A stretch of 64,000 nucleotides of DNA from an uncultured virus (IMG/VR IMGVR_UViG_2061766007_000892). Taxonomy: Duplodnaviria > Heunggongvirae > Uroviricota > Caudoviricetes. A program made the position numbers and the translations under genes. Within the stretch, counting starts at the first letter, position 1; each line of letters begins with the position of its first letter. Below the pieces are notes generated by a model. That model worked only from the letters and a program-made list of their open reading frames with translations, was not told the DNA's origin and did not search any database. The DNA is taken from IMG/VR virus record IMGVR_UViG_2061766007_000892. One strand, written 5' to 3'. Below are positions 32,365 through 41,059 of the stretch, piece by piece.

Positions 32365-32559
32365 TTAATCTTTATCTCCTTCTACAAGTATATTACAGCG
32401 GTCATCAATCATAATATCAAATCGGTCAATATTATTAGAAATAAATTCTAAAGCCCAAGTTAACCGACGAAAATATTGAGCGTCATTATCACATTTAGTT
32501 AGCACCGCAACTAAATCACTATGCAACTGGGCGCGTTCTTTTCTCATTTTAAGTGTCAT
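32365..32559 (-). CDS. hypothetical protein
   Basis: ORF track, AAGGAG upstream. Confidence 0.65.
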   Translation of the reverse strand: MTLKMRKERAQLHSDLVAVLTKCDNDAQYFRRLTWALEFISNNIDRFDIMIDDRCNILVEGDKD

Positions 32560-32700
32560 TTAATCCTTTTCTCCTTTCATAGCGTCGCGGCAAATTCGCT
32601 TGCCCTCTTTGCGTTCGTTTTTTTTGTTCTTTTTCTTCGCAGGCATTACGGAGGGGCGATAACCAACCCATAACTCACGATTCTGATTTTTCTTATCCAT
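32560..32700 (-). CDS. small basic protein (46 aa)
   Basis: MDKKNQNRELWVGYRPSVMPAKKKNKK... Confidence 0.6.
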   Translation of the reverse strand: MDKKNQNRELWVGYRPSVMPAKKKNKKNERKEGKRICRDAMKGEKD

Positions 32701-32908
32701 TTTCTTTTCTCTCCAATTCTTCTATTCTTGACCAACAAGCCATGCCGAAACAATGATTCATAAAATTATCATCAGGGGAAAAATGATTTTGCCATAGATA
32801 CCTAACTTCTTCAACATCGTTCAAACTTTTAATAAAATTATAAACGGCGGTTTCATAGTCAGGCTGATTTAATACCGCGTCATAGTAACGATTGTCTAAG
32901 GTGTTCAT
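32693..32908 (-). CDS. hypothetical protein
   Basis: Own promoter and RBS. Confidence 0.7.
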   Translation of the reverse strand: MNTLDNRYYDAVLNQPDYETAVYNFIKSLNDVEEVRYLWQNHFSPDDNFMNHCFGMACWSRIEELERKENG

Positions 32909-32965
32909 ATTATGTTCCCCTCACTTTCTGGAATTATTATAGCAGATTAGAAGATAGAAGTCAAG

Positions 32966-33046
32966 TTAAGATTTTATTATGAACCAAAGATATAATCCTA
33001 ATATGATTAAGGGGCCAATACCACATAAAATTACTTCTTTAATCAT
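32966..33046 (-). CDS. 26-aa single-TM peptide
   Basis: MIKEVILCGIGPLIILGLYLWFIIKS*; own promoter and GAGGGAG RBS. Confidence 0.55.
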   Translation of the reverse strand: MIKEVILCGIGPLIILGLYLWFIIKS

Positions 33047-33150
33047 CTTGTCTCCCTCACTTTCTGTATATAGTATACACGATTCACACGCAGAAGTCAA
33101 GTTAAGATTCTGTTAAACGACGGGCCGGGCAAATATTAAGGCGCAGTTAA

Positions 33151-33390
33151 TTACCACGCCTCATCAACTTCATACATATCACAACCCGCGTAGGGATCAT
33201 AGTTAGTTTCATCTATGTCGTCGGGGATGTCGGGGCACTCCTCATCACAAACGCGCTCATACTCATCATCAAGTTGACACACCAATTCAACAAGTATATC
33301 ATAGGCACGATCAGGTTTACCATTCTTCAACATAGCAAGAGCGTCATCGGCGAGCATCCGCAGTTCGTAGAAAAGATGAGTATTAGTCAT
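33151..33390 (-). CDS. acidic hypothetical protein
   Basis: DETNYDPYAGCD C-terminal motif; own promoter. Confidence 0.75.
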   Translation of the reverse strand: MTNTHLFYELRMLADDALAMLKNGKPDRAYDILVELVCQLDDEYERVCDEECPDIPDDIDETNYDPYAGCDMYEVDEAW

Positions 33391-33496
33391 AGTTGAAATC
33401 TCCTTTCTTTTTCTATATATAGTATACCAAAATCCAGGAGGAAAGTCAAGTTAATTCTGTGTAAATTATCTGGCCGGCCCGAAAATTAACAAAGAA

Positions 33497-34207
33497 TTAA
33501 CGGAGAGCAATTGCTCCCCGCTTAACTTTTTGCCAACAATTCCTTTTTATTCCTTTAAAGTTTTTGTCATATTCCAAACATTTTTCCATAATTTCCTTTT
33601 CAATCTTAACATCATCATAACCTTTATGTTCCTCGTGGAAGTTAGGGTCATTTGTTAAGAAAGAGTAAACAGTTTCTGCGGTGGCGCGGTAGTTTTTGCC
33701 GTGATTTGAAAAGTGGCGGTTAGTTTCGGCAAACGTCTTATATTCACTGGTTTGACAAATAGTGTCACACGCCATATTCCAAATACATACAAAATTAGTA
33801 GAGTAAGGGAAGAAATAACGATATTTAGATTTCGTTAAGAAGCGGAGCGTGGTGTTAAGGGCGTTGCGGTCAAAATTACAATTATACGCCGCAACCGTAT
33901 GGCAGTCATATTTTTCCATTAGGTTAAGAATATGACGCCGCGCCGCCATAAAATCAATCATTTGACGCTTTCCCTGTTGGATGTCCGCAATATATTCAGG
34001 AATCTTATCGGCATAGTAGGCAACCTTTACAAGTTCGCGTTCATAGACGAAAGTGTCACGAATCACAAAAGAGCCTTGCTCGCAGATTGAGTTTGTGTAA
34101 AGATCAATCAGCACAAAGCCGATGTCATAAACGATGGCGTCGGTCGTATCGTTTGCGGTTTCAACGTCAAGAAGAAGGAGGTAGCGGTCGGTGATGTTCA
34201 GAATCAT
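33497..34207 (-). CDS. DnaQ/DEDDh 3'-5' exonuclease
   Basis: LLDVET, AYNCNFD, HKGYDD motifs. Confidence 0.85.
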   Translation of the reverse strand: MILNITDRYLLLLDVETANDTTDAIVYDIGFVLIDLYTNSICEQGSFVIRDTFVYERELVKVAYYADKIPEYIADIQQGKRQMIDFMAARRHILNLMEKYDCHTVAAYNCNFDRNALNTTLRFLTKSKYRYFFPYSTNFVCIWNMACDTICQTSEYKTFAETNRHFSNHGKNYRATAETVYSFLTNDPNFHEEHKGYDDVKIEKEIMEKCLEYDKNFKGIKRNCWQKVKRGAIALR

Positions 34208-34337
34208 TTCGGTGAGTTCCTTTCCTAATTTCTGTATATAGTATACACCTGCCACGAGCGAAAGTCAAGTTAAGATTGTGTTAATTCGCGGGCCGGGCAA
34301 AAAGTTAACATAAAATTAAAGAAGGGCTGTGCCCTTC

Positions 34338-34919
34338 TTAATGAATCATTCCATAAATAGAAAGCCAATCATTAATTTTTTCATCAATAATGTCAGGGTC
34401 GATTACAATATTAAAACGGTCATTAGGAACGTGAGTATTAGGATAGTATTCGGCTAAATAATCAATCATATCAAGTTCAACGTGTTTTGGATTTATTTTA
34501 CCACAATCCCATCCTTTAATAATTTTTACTGTTTGAACATTTGAGTAAGTTCCAGAATTATTATCGGCGTGTTCTTGCGCTCGTTTTGATAAAGTTCTTT
34601 CAGTCGTGCCAACTTTAGAAAAAAGAAATTTATGATTAAAGTCATAATAATACATAAGATAAAACCATTTTGCCGCGCGGTGAATATCATAAAAAGCATT
34701 ATTTCCTTCGCTAATACGGCGAATACGATTTTTCACTTTTTGAGTTTTGTCAATAATGAAATCTTTAATCCATTTATATCCAATAACCATTCCTTCTTCA
34801 ATATATTTGACAAGTTTTGTATAAGCAGAATAAATTTTGTGATAATCTACATAAGGACTGGAATAAATATTCCACTGGGTTTCTACTGCGATTTTATACT
34901 GCTGTTCATTGCGCTTCAT
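34338..34919 (-). CDS. GIY-YIG/T5orf172-like domain protein
   Basis: WFYLM...KVGTTER...R..EH...E pattern; AT-rich relative to neighbours. Confidence 0.55.
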   Translation of the reverse strand: MKRNEQQYKIAVETQWNIYSSPYVDYHKIYSAYTKLVKYIEEGMVIGYKWIKDFIIDKTQKVKNRIRRISEGNNAFYDIHRAAKWFYLMYYYDFNHKFLFSKVGTTERTLSKRAQEHADNNSGTYSNVQTVKIIKGWDCGKINPKHVELDMIDYLAEYYPNTHVPNDRFNIVIDPDIIDEKINDWLSIYGMIH

Positions 34920-35077
34920 TTTGTTTTATCTCCTCTCAACTTTCTATATATATATTATACATAAAAAGTATCTCGGAGTCAAGTTAAATGATTGTTAAGT
35001 CCGCGCCCGGCCCGAAAATTAACGAAACCTTAACAAAATGAAATGTAAAGAAAAACCGCCCCGAAGGGCGGTTAGTC

Positions 35078-35413
35078 TTACTTCACCATGTAGGTGAAGG
35101 CGGACTTGCCGTTGTCAATCTTGACAACTTCATCGCGCCAGTAGTTCAGCAGAGCGTACTGAATCTTGTGCGCGGTGAAGCCATCGGGCAGGTCGTTCTC
35201 GCACTTGGCGAAAATCTCCTTGACCGTCATCGGCGCGGTCATCACGCCGAACACGATGGGCTTCGCGGCATCGTAGGCGTTAGCCTTTTCCGCGGACTTG
35301 GCAACCGTGCGCTCATACTCGGCGCGAATGTCCTCAACCACAGCGGACAGGTCAACGGTGTCGTCAGAGTTCACGAAGTAGTTGTACAGAGCGGTCAGAG
35401 TGTTCTTCTTCAT
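35078..35413 (-). CDS. winged-helix-like family protein 3
   Basis: TVKEIFAKCENDLPDGFTAHKIQYALLNYWRDEVVK...FTY. Confidence 0.8.
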   Translation of the reverse strand: MKKNTLTALYNYFVNSDDTVDLSAVVEDIRAEYERTVAKSAEKANAYDAAKPIVFGVMTAPMTVKEIFAKCENDLPDGFTAHKIQYALLNYWRDEVVKIDNGKSAFTYMVK

Positions 35414-35504
35414 AGTGTAGTGTCCTTTCTGGTTTGGTGGGTTTTCCTTCCCTTTGATGTATTTATTATAGCACCAATCGGCTATAATGTCAAGTTAAGA
35501 GTTT

Positions 35505-35568
35505 GTTAAAGGATTCTTCCTCAATCTACTGGGTTCTTTCAACCAGATTCGGCAAGAACCCTTTAACA
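35505..35568 (-). ncRNA. candidate small RNA with alternative folds
   Basis: Promoter 35602-35574; GGGTTCTT pairs with either AAGAACCC or AAGAATCC. Confidence 0.5.
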
Positions 35569-35616
35569 TCTTCATTATATCACGATTTCCCAACTTTGTC
35601 AAGTTAAGATTTCGTG

Positions 35617-35690
35617 AAGCTCAGGGCTCGCAAGCTCGGTGGCCATCTCCGAAGCATCAAAGGTTTTTAGCCCCTGTTTCCTTTCGACAT
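35617..35690 (-). ncRNA. candidate small RNA
   Basis: Promoter 35723-35695; CAGGG(G)CT/AGCCCTG closing stem; no start codon properly spaced from the RBS-like tract. Confidence 0.5.
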
Positions 35691-35872
35691 ATATAGTATA
35701 GCAGAAATTGAAATGAAAGTCAAACACTTAATGGGAAAGTTAACCAAATCTTAACATTGCGGGCCGGCCCGCGAATGTTAAGTTTTTGTAAAGTGCTTGA
35801 CTCTTGGCGGAATCTCTGCTATAATATTTACAGAAGCCAAGGAAAAGGCTCAAAAACCAGAAAGGGAATAAT

Positions 35873-36190
35873 ATGAACGCTAACGAAATCAAGTCCACCG
35901 CTCGTCAGATGACCATCTCTGCTATCATGCCCTCCCTGATGGACAACGATGCCGTCAAGTTCGCTGATGGCTCCTTCGCCATCCTCCAGACTGTTGACGG
36001 TCAGGAAGTTTGGACGGAAGTTACCGTCAAGTCCAAGGCGTGGAAGGACACCAAGGTGTCCAAGGCTTTTGACCCCTTCGTGGCTGCGGAGGAGTGGGAA
36101 GCCGAGAAGCGCATCAAGGCTGATGCCAAGGCTGCCAAGGATGCCGAAAAGGCTGCCAAGGTAGCCAAGGCTAAGAAGGAAGAGGCGTAA
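35873..36190 (+). CDS. K/A/E-rich-tail family protein 3 (inverted unit)
   Basis: Own promoter, leader hairpin and terminator. Confidence 0.85.
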   Translation: MNANEIKSTARQMTISAIMPSLMDNDAVKFADGSFAILQTVDGQEVWTEVTVKSKAWKDTKVSKAFDPFVAAEEWEAEKRIKADAKAAKDAEKAAKVAKAKKEEA

Positions 36191-36335
36191 GCCTCTTTTC
36201 TTTTTCTTAACAGTTAGTTGCGACTAACCGGGCCGGGAACTGTCCAAATTTTGTCATAATATAGATTTAACTTTGTCTTTGCCTTTCTTATAATCTTGTG
36301 CTATACTATATATAGAAAACAGGGAGGGTAAAACA

Positions 36336-36467
36336 ATGAATGAGAATTTTGCAAAGGTTTGGGTGCTGGGCGTTTCGGTTATGATGTTCTTGGCTTGCTT
36401 TTTTGGGAGCGGTTGGTTGTTTGGCGTTGCGGCTATGTTAATATTGGGATTTGTTAAGATGATGTAA
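36336..36467 (+). CDS. 43-aa membrane peptide
   Basis: MNENFAKVWVLGVSVMMFLACFF...; GGAGGG RBS and own promoter. Confidence 0.6.
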   Translation: MNENFAKVWVLGVSVMMFLACFFGSGWLFGVAAMLILGFVKMM

Positions 36468-36518
36468 AGCCGCGGCCCGGCCCGAAATTTAACAAAGAAA
36501 TAACAAAAGAAGGAGGGG

Positions 36519-36842
36519 TTAAACCCCTTCCTTCTCCTTGCGCTTGGCTTCCTTTTCGGCGGCCTTGCGCGCCTTCTCCGCGGCCTTCTCCGCGCGCTCT
36601 GCCAGTTCGGCATTGAACGCGGCAACCTTGGCGTCTACGTCAAACGCTTCGGTCTTTGCCGTGTTATACCAGTTGGGACAGGAAATCTCAACCTTGGCGA
36701 ACAGCGGATGTCCGTTGTCCTCTGCGGTGCCCATCGGGATGGCGTAGGTGAAATCGTCAATCTGGATGGCATTACCGAAAAACTCGGTGAACTGCTCGGC
36801 GACGGCGGTCTTAACGTTGGTGCGAATTTCCATCTTAGTCAT
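36519..36842 (-). CDS. K/A/E-rich-tail family protein 4
   Basis: Leader hairpin; AFDVDAKVAAFNAELAERAEKAAEK. Confidence 0.85.
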   Translation of the reverse strand: MTKMEIRTNVKTAVAEQFTEFFGNAIQIDDFTYAIPMGTAEDNGHPLFAKVEISCPNWYNTAKTEAFDVDAKVAAFNAELAERAEKAAEKARKAAEKEAKRKEKEGV

Positions 36843-36920
36843 GTTGTTTCCCTTTCTGGTTTGGAAGAGTTTTCCTTCTCTTATGTTCTTATTATAGCAG
36901 AAGTTGTGGAAGAAGTCAAG

Positions 36921-37082
36921 TTAAGATTTCATTAAATCTTGAATCAGTTGATGGATTTTTTCATAGTCCTCTTGATAACGATAGAGGTCAAATAAATGGA
37001 GTCGTGCGCGTTTGATGCGCGGGGACGCGGGTTGCTTTTTAATCCAATTGCGCATAGTATCAAGTTCCCAATTCCAATTCAT
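36921..37082 (-). CDS. small hypothetical protein (53 aa)
   Basis: MNWNWELDTMRNWIKKQP...; own promoter and RBS. Confidence 0.65.
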   Translation of the reverse strand: MNWNWELDTMRNWIKKQPASPRIKRARLHLFDLYRYQEDYEKIHQLIQDLMKS

Positions 37083-37183
37083 ATTGTATCCCCTCTTTCT
37101 GTAATTATTATAGCAGAATTTCGGGAAGAAGTCAAGTAAAGGTTGTGTTAAAAATCGGGCCGGCCAGAAAAGTTAAGATTCTG

Positions 37184-37621
37184 TTAAGCGAGGCTCAACA
37201 GAATCTTCATCATTTCATCGGGGTGGTAGGCGTTGCCGCCCCACGCTTCGCGGTTCGGGGCTTCGTCATCAAACAGGATACCCTCGCCGCACACGTCCCA
37301 CTTATTGCGACCATAGGCGACAATGTTAACCGCGTCCCACTTGACGGAGCCGAGATGCTTGTGGAGCCACCACAGTTTGGCGGCGGTCACTGCTTCGTCA
37401 TATTCGGGAGTGCTGGACTTGCTCAGCCAGCTGATGATTCCGAGCTTGTAGCCAGCTCGCTGGAGCTTATTCAGCGTCCGCGCCAGCTTGTTCATGTTGA
37501 CCAGCGGAGCCGCCAGCTTGTAGGGCGCGGGATTGCTATCAATCAGCATCGGGAGCCAATTTTCAACGCCGTAGAGGTTCGCAATCGTGCCATCCATGTC
37601 AAACCAGATCGTCTGCTTCAT
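37184..37621 (-). CDS. HAD-family (5'-nucleotidase-like) phosphatase
   Basis: WFDMDGTIANLY, IISW, K..W, ILFDD. Confidence 0.85.
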   Translation of the reverse strand: MKQTIWFDMDGTIANLYGVENWLPMLIDSNPAPYKLAAPLVNMNKLARTLNKLQRAGYKLGIISWLSKSSTPEYDEAVTAAKLWWLHKHLGSVKWDAVNIVAYGRNKWDVCGEGILFDDEAPNREAWGGNAYHPDEMMKILLSLA

Positions 37622-37801
37622 TTTGTTTACTTCCTTTCCTCTTTCTGTATATATTATATACCGAGCGGCGGCAAAAGTCAAGAGGTTAAAGGATGATTTA
37701 ACATGGATTTAACATGGCGGGCCGGGTGTTTTCTTAAAATGAAATTAACAGTTAGTTAGAGGAAACTAACTCACTGGCCGGCTAATAAATTAACAGGCCG
37801 G

Positions 37802-37942
37802 TTACGGGAGAATAATCTCCCGCACCGTCCATTCAACTCCTGTGCAGTTCGTTCTGAAATTGGCTGCGTTTTGCGCCTCTTCGCGCGTATGGTAAGAGGA
37901 AGAACCTTCAAAATTGCCGCAATAAATCCGATAGACGATCAT
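37802..37942 (-). CDS. small hypothetical protein (46 aa)
   Basis: Own promoter, AAGGAG RBS. Confidence 0.65.
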   Translation of the reverse strand: MIVYRIYCGNFEGSSSYHTREEAQNAANFRTNCTGVEWTVREIILP

Positions 37943-38074
37943 AAAATGAAATTCTCCTTTCGTTTCTTTCTGGAATAATTATAGCATATTGAGAATGAAA
38001 TGTCAAGTAGTTTTAGGATGTTTAACATAGAATTAACATTACTGGCCGGCCCGAAAATTAACATTAAAATAACA

Positions 38075-38243
38075 AACCGCGAGAGTTGATCAGTCTCTCG
38101 CGATGGGCAAAAACATCATTGACTTGCCCAAGGTCAATGGGGAACGGTTTTCGCATAATCGCTGGGGTCAGTTCTCCACCGCCAAGTGGTCTGTTGCCCC
38201 TTACTTTAACCCAATGGAATCACTCCCTCTTTCCTTTCGACAT
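38075..38243 (-). ncRNA. candidate structured RNA with H-type pseudoknot and 3' terminator
   Basis: Promoter 38276-38248; CATTGAC/GTCAATG plus TGGGCAA/TTGCCCA; CGCGAGAG/CTCTCGCG hairpin. Confidence 0.6.
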
Positions 38244-38346
38244 ATATATAATAACATAATTTCTGGAGGAAGTCAAGTTAATTGTTTGTTAACTTGCGGG
38301 CCGGCCGCGAATTTTACATAGAATTAAAGAAGGCATTAAGCCTTCT

Positions 38347-38499
38347 TTAATTGCAAAGTTGTTCGATGATGGTCATAATTACGCCGAAAATCAGAGGCGT
38401 CACCCAACACAAAGCACCATAGGGTACTTTGCCCATTGACCACAGAATGAAGTCAATCAAACCAGTAACTATGAGGATAAAGCTAATACCAATACGCAT
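38347..38499 (-). CDS. 50-aa two-TM peptide
   Basis: MRIGISFILIVTGLIDFILW...; variant leader hairpin. Confidence 0.65.
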   Translation of the reverse strand: MRIGISFILIVTGLIDFILWSMGKVPYGALCWVTPLIFGVIMTIIEQLCN

Positions 38500-38588
38500 A
38501 TTATTATCCTTTCTGGTTTTAAAGTGTTCCCTTCACTTGTTGTGTATAATATATCATATTAGAGTTGAGAAGTCAAGTTAAGATTTTG

Positions 38589-38780
38589 TTATATTACTTT
38601 CATTGTTTCTACTTCTCTATAAAAAGCATGGTCGCTCCAACTATTTTTATAGTGGATATTATTAAAATTTTCACACCATTTTTTCGCTTCTTCTTCTGTC
38701 GCAGTAAAGCCCATTGACGTGTCTTTTGTGCCGATATACACACCGCAATCGCAAGGAGTAGAAACAAAAAGCTGATACAT
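38589..38780 (-). CDS. hypothetical protein
   Basis: Own promoter and RBS. Confidence 0.7.
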   Translation of the reverse strand: MYQLFVSTPCDCGVYIGTKDTSMGFTATEEEAKKWCENFNNIHYKNSWSDHAFYREVETMKVI

Positions 38781-38885
38781 ATGATTTTCTCCCTTCATTT
38801 GATGTATATAGTATAGCATTTTATGAGTAAATTGTCAAGTTAATTGTGTGTTAACCCGCCGGCCGGCCAGAAAGTTAACGCAGAC

Positions 38886-39131
38886 TTAACGTCTGCGTCT
38901 TGCTTTCTGCTGGTCAAAACGCTCATATGCGCTGACCTTGCGATATTCGTTATACTCGGCTTCGGTGATTTCCTTGCCATAGATTGCCATGCGCGTGTGC
39001 TTAACACTTGGCATCCTGCGCGCTTTGTCGCAAGCATCCAGAAGATTGTTCGCCGCGATTGCGAACTTGATTTCAGTGCTGTGGCCTACGCCGCAATGAC
39101 CCCGATGGCACATGACCATGTAGAACTTCAT
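38886..39131 (-). CDS. His/Cys-containing basic protein
   Basis: CHRGHCGVG...MPSVKH; own promoter. Confidence 0.75.
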   Translation of the reverse strand: MKFYMVMCHRGHCGVGHSTEIKFAIAANNLLDACDKARRMPSVKHTRMAIYGKEITEAEYNEYRKVSAYERFDQQKARRRR

Positions 39132-39203
39132 TTGAATTGCTCCCTTCGTTCTTTCTGTATTTATTATAGCAGATTGGTTGGTGATTGTCAAGTTAAGTTT
39201 GTG

Positions 39204-39380
39204 TTAAAGCAGACCAAAGATTTTTGCTGGGATAGGTGATAGCATCATCATGCTAAGGAAAACAATCATACGCCAATTAACCTTGAAGCAATCATTTTCA
39301 TCGGCATCATCCGCATGGAGGATACCAAAGAAACCAAACAAGCAAGCAACCAACACATAAGGAATCATCAAAAACTTCAT
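39204..39380 (-). CDS. 58-aa membrane peptide
   Basis: MKFLMIPYVLVACLFGFFGIL...; own promoter. Confidence 0.65.
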   Translation of the reverse strand: MKFLMIPYVLVACLFGFFGILHADDADENDCFKVNWRMIVFLSMMMLSPIPAKIFGLL

Positions 39381-39482
39381 TTTCTTTCCCTCACTTTCTG
39401 ATATTATTATACATTATCGCGCCAGGAAAGTCAATAGTTTTTATGTTAGGATTGTGTTAAATAACGGGCCGGCCCGAAAAGA

Positions 39483-39674
39483 TGAGAGGGGCGTTTCTTC
39501 CCCTCTCGGTGGCTCCATCCTTCTAGCCTAGCGCTTCCAGAGCCCGCGCGTATGTTGCCTGCACATTTATATACCGCAAAGGAGGGCTTCGGCTTGCGGT
39601 GGTTTCATCGGTTAGGACTTACGGACGCTCTTGGGTCTCACCCGTTGTGGGCTTTGCCTTCCCTCAACCTCTGT
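39483..39674 (-). ncRNA. candidate ~190-nt multi-stem RNA
   Basis: Promoter 39707-39679; stems ACCGCAA/TTGCGGT, GGCTC/GAGCC, GAGAGGGG/CCCCTCTC. Confidence 0.55.
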
Positions 39675-39759
39675 ATATATTATAATCCAAGAGTTGCGAT
39701 TTGTCAAGTTAAGAGTTTGTTAACAAGCGGGCCGGCCAGCGGAGAGCATGTGCTCTCCA

Positions 39760-39885
39760 TTAGGCCGCGGGGCGGATGATCAGATCCGCCCGATCCGCCC
39801 AAGTTAGGCGGAGCGCCTGCGCCTCGCGCAGGGAGAGGCCCGACAGGATGACCCTGCCAGTGCTGACCTTGTAAATCTCAAACAT
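39760..39885 (-). CDS. small protein (41 aa)
   Basis: MFEIYKVSTGRVILSGLSLREA...; AAGGAG RBS and own promoter. Confidence 0.65.
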   Translation of the reverse strand: MFEIYKVSTGRVILSGLSLREAQALRLTWADRADLIIRPAA

Positions 39886-39974
39886 TTTGTTTTCTCCTTT
39901 CCTTTGATGTGTCTATTATACCAGATTGTAGCTTGCCTGTCAAGTTAAGATTTGGTTTAGTTGGACGCCCGCCG

Positions 39975-40442
39975 TTAGGCGTTAGCGTCCAACCACGCCA
40001 GCATCTTGGAGCTGGTAGCCGCGATCCGGATGACCCCGCGCTCGTTGAGCTTGGCGAACTTCCGCAGGAACCGCTCGAACTTCGTGGCATTCATCTTGTA
40101 GATGGTAGCCAGCTCGTCGGTGGTGGTCACATACCAGAACTCGGAGCTCGCCACCTGCTCGAAGTAGGCCGTCAGGCTCGCTTCGAAGCTGTCAGCCAGC
40201 TTCATGTTGGTCAGGCTTGCCTTGGAGCTCTTGATGCTCGCGCGGAACTCGGGAATATCGGAGCCTTCATCGAAGCGGGTATTAGCATCCTTGTGGGGAT
40301 CCAGCCCGTGGAGCGCCTTGGCGACAGCTTCCATGAACTCGCCGCCGTTGAGCCAGCTTTCGCCGCCGTTGATGCTATACTTGGCGCCTTTGCGCGCGGC
40401 GTTGTAGGTGTAAGTCAGGTTAATTTCACGGGTCATCTTCAT
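39975..40442 (-). CDS. possible PD-(D/E)xK-fold protein
   Basis: NGGEFME...GSD...SIKSS pattern. Confidence 0.6.
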   Translation of the reverse strand: MKMTREINLTYTYNAARKGAKYSINGGESWLNGGEFMEAVAKALHGLDPHKDANTRFDEGSDIPEFRASIKSSKASLTNMKLADSFEASLTAYFEQVASSEFWYVTTTDELATIYKMNATKFERFLRKFAKLNERGVIRIAATSSKMLAWLDANA

Positions 40443-40769
40443 TTCAAGCACCTCTCTTTCAACTGTATATATTATAACAGACCAATGTTAACTGATAAGC
40501 ATTTTTTGATGAAGTTTGTGTAAAGTTGTGAAATTCAATCTACGGTAGAATTTGCTCCAAGTTGCGCAACCAACAGTTGATTAGTTAGCCTAAACTAACT
40601 CGGCGGGCCGGTCCATTTCTTAACCTGTTCTTAACAGAAAAGTTTCATATAGTTTTAACATAGAGATAATACGTAGTTAACATTAATATGGTATAATATC
40701 GGGGGAGCCTCAAGTTAGTTATGACTAACTTTAGTTAGTTAGTCTAAACTAACTGGGCCGGCCCGTTAT

Positions 40770-41010
40770 CATTATACTGCCACTTTACTATGATAAAGTA
40801 GTGCTACTTTATTATGCTACTATGTTATCACTTTATCATACTACTACTTTACTATGTTACCACTTTACTATGCTACCATGCTACTATGCTGCTACTTTAC
40901 TATGATGCTATATTATCACTTTACCATGCTATCATACTGCTACTTTACTATGCTACCATACTATTACTTTACCATGTTACTATAAAACTACTTTACTATG
41001 ATAAAAGTCA
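40770..41010. repeat. degenerate tandem repeat of CTACTTTACTATG/CTACCATG units
   Basis: Low-complexity array beginning with the palindrome ACTTTA-CTATGA-TAAAGT. Confidence 0.85.
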
Positions 41011-41059
41011 AAAGTCAAAGAAAGTCAAATTGGCCGGCCCGTGAATTACAAAACTATTT

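Noticed and set aside
38103..38321. 72-aa plus-strand ORF
   Set aside because: It has no promoter or RBS, runs through the repeat site, and opposes a clear minus-strand promoter.
40814..41044. 76-aa LLYY-repeat ORF
   Set aside because: It is a translation of the tandem DNA repeat, with no RBS.
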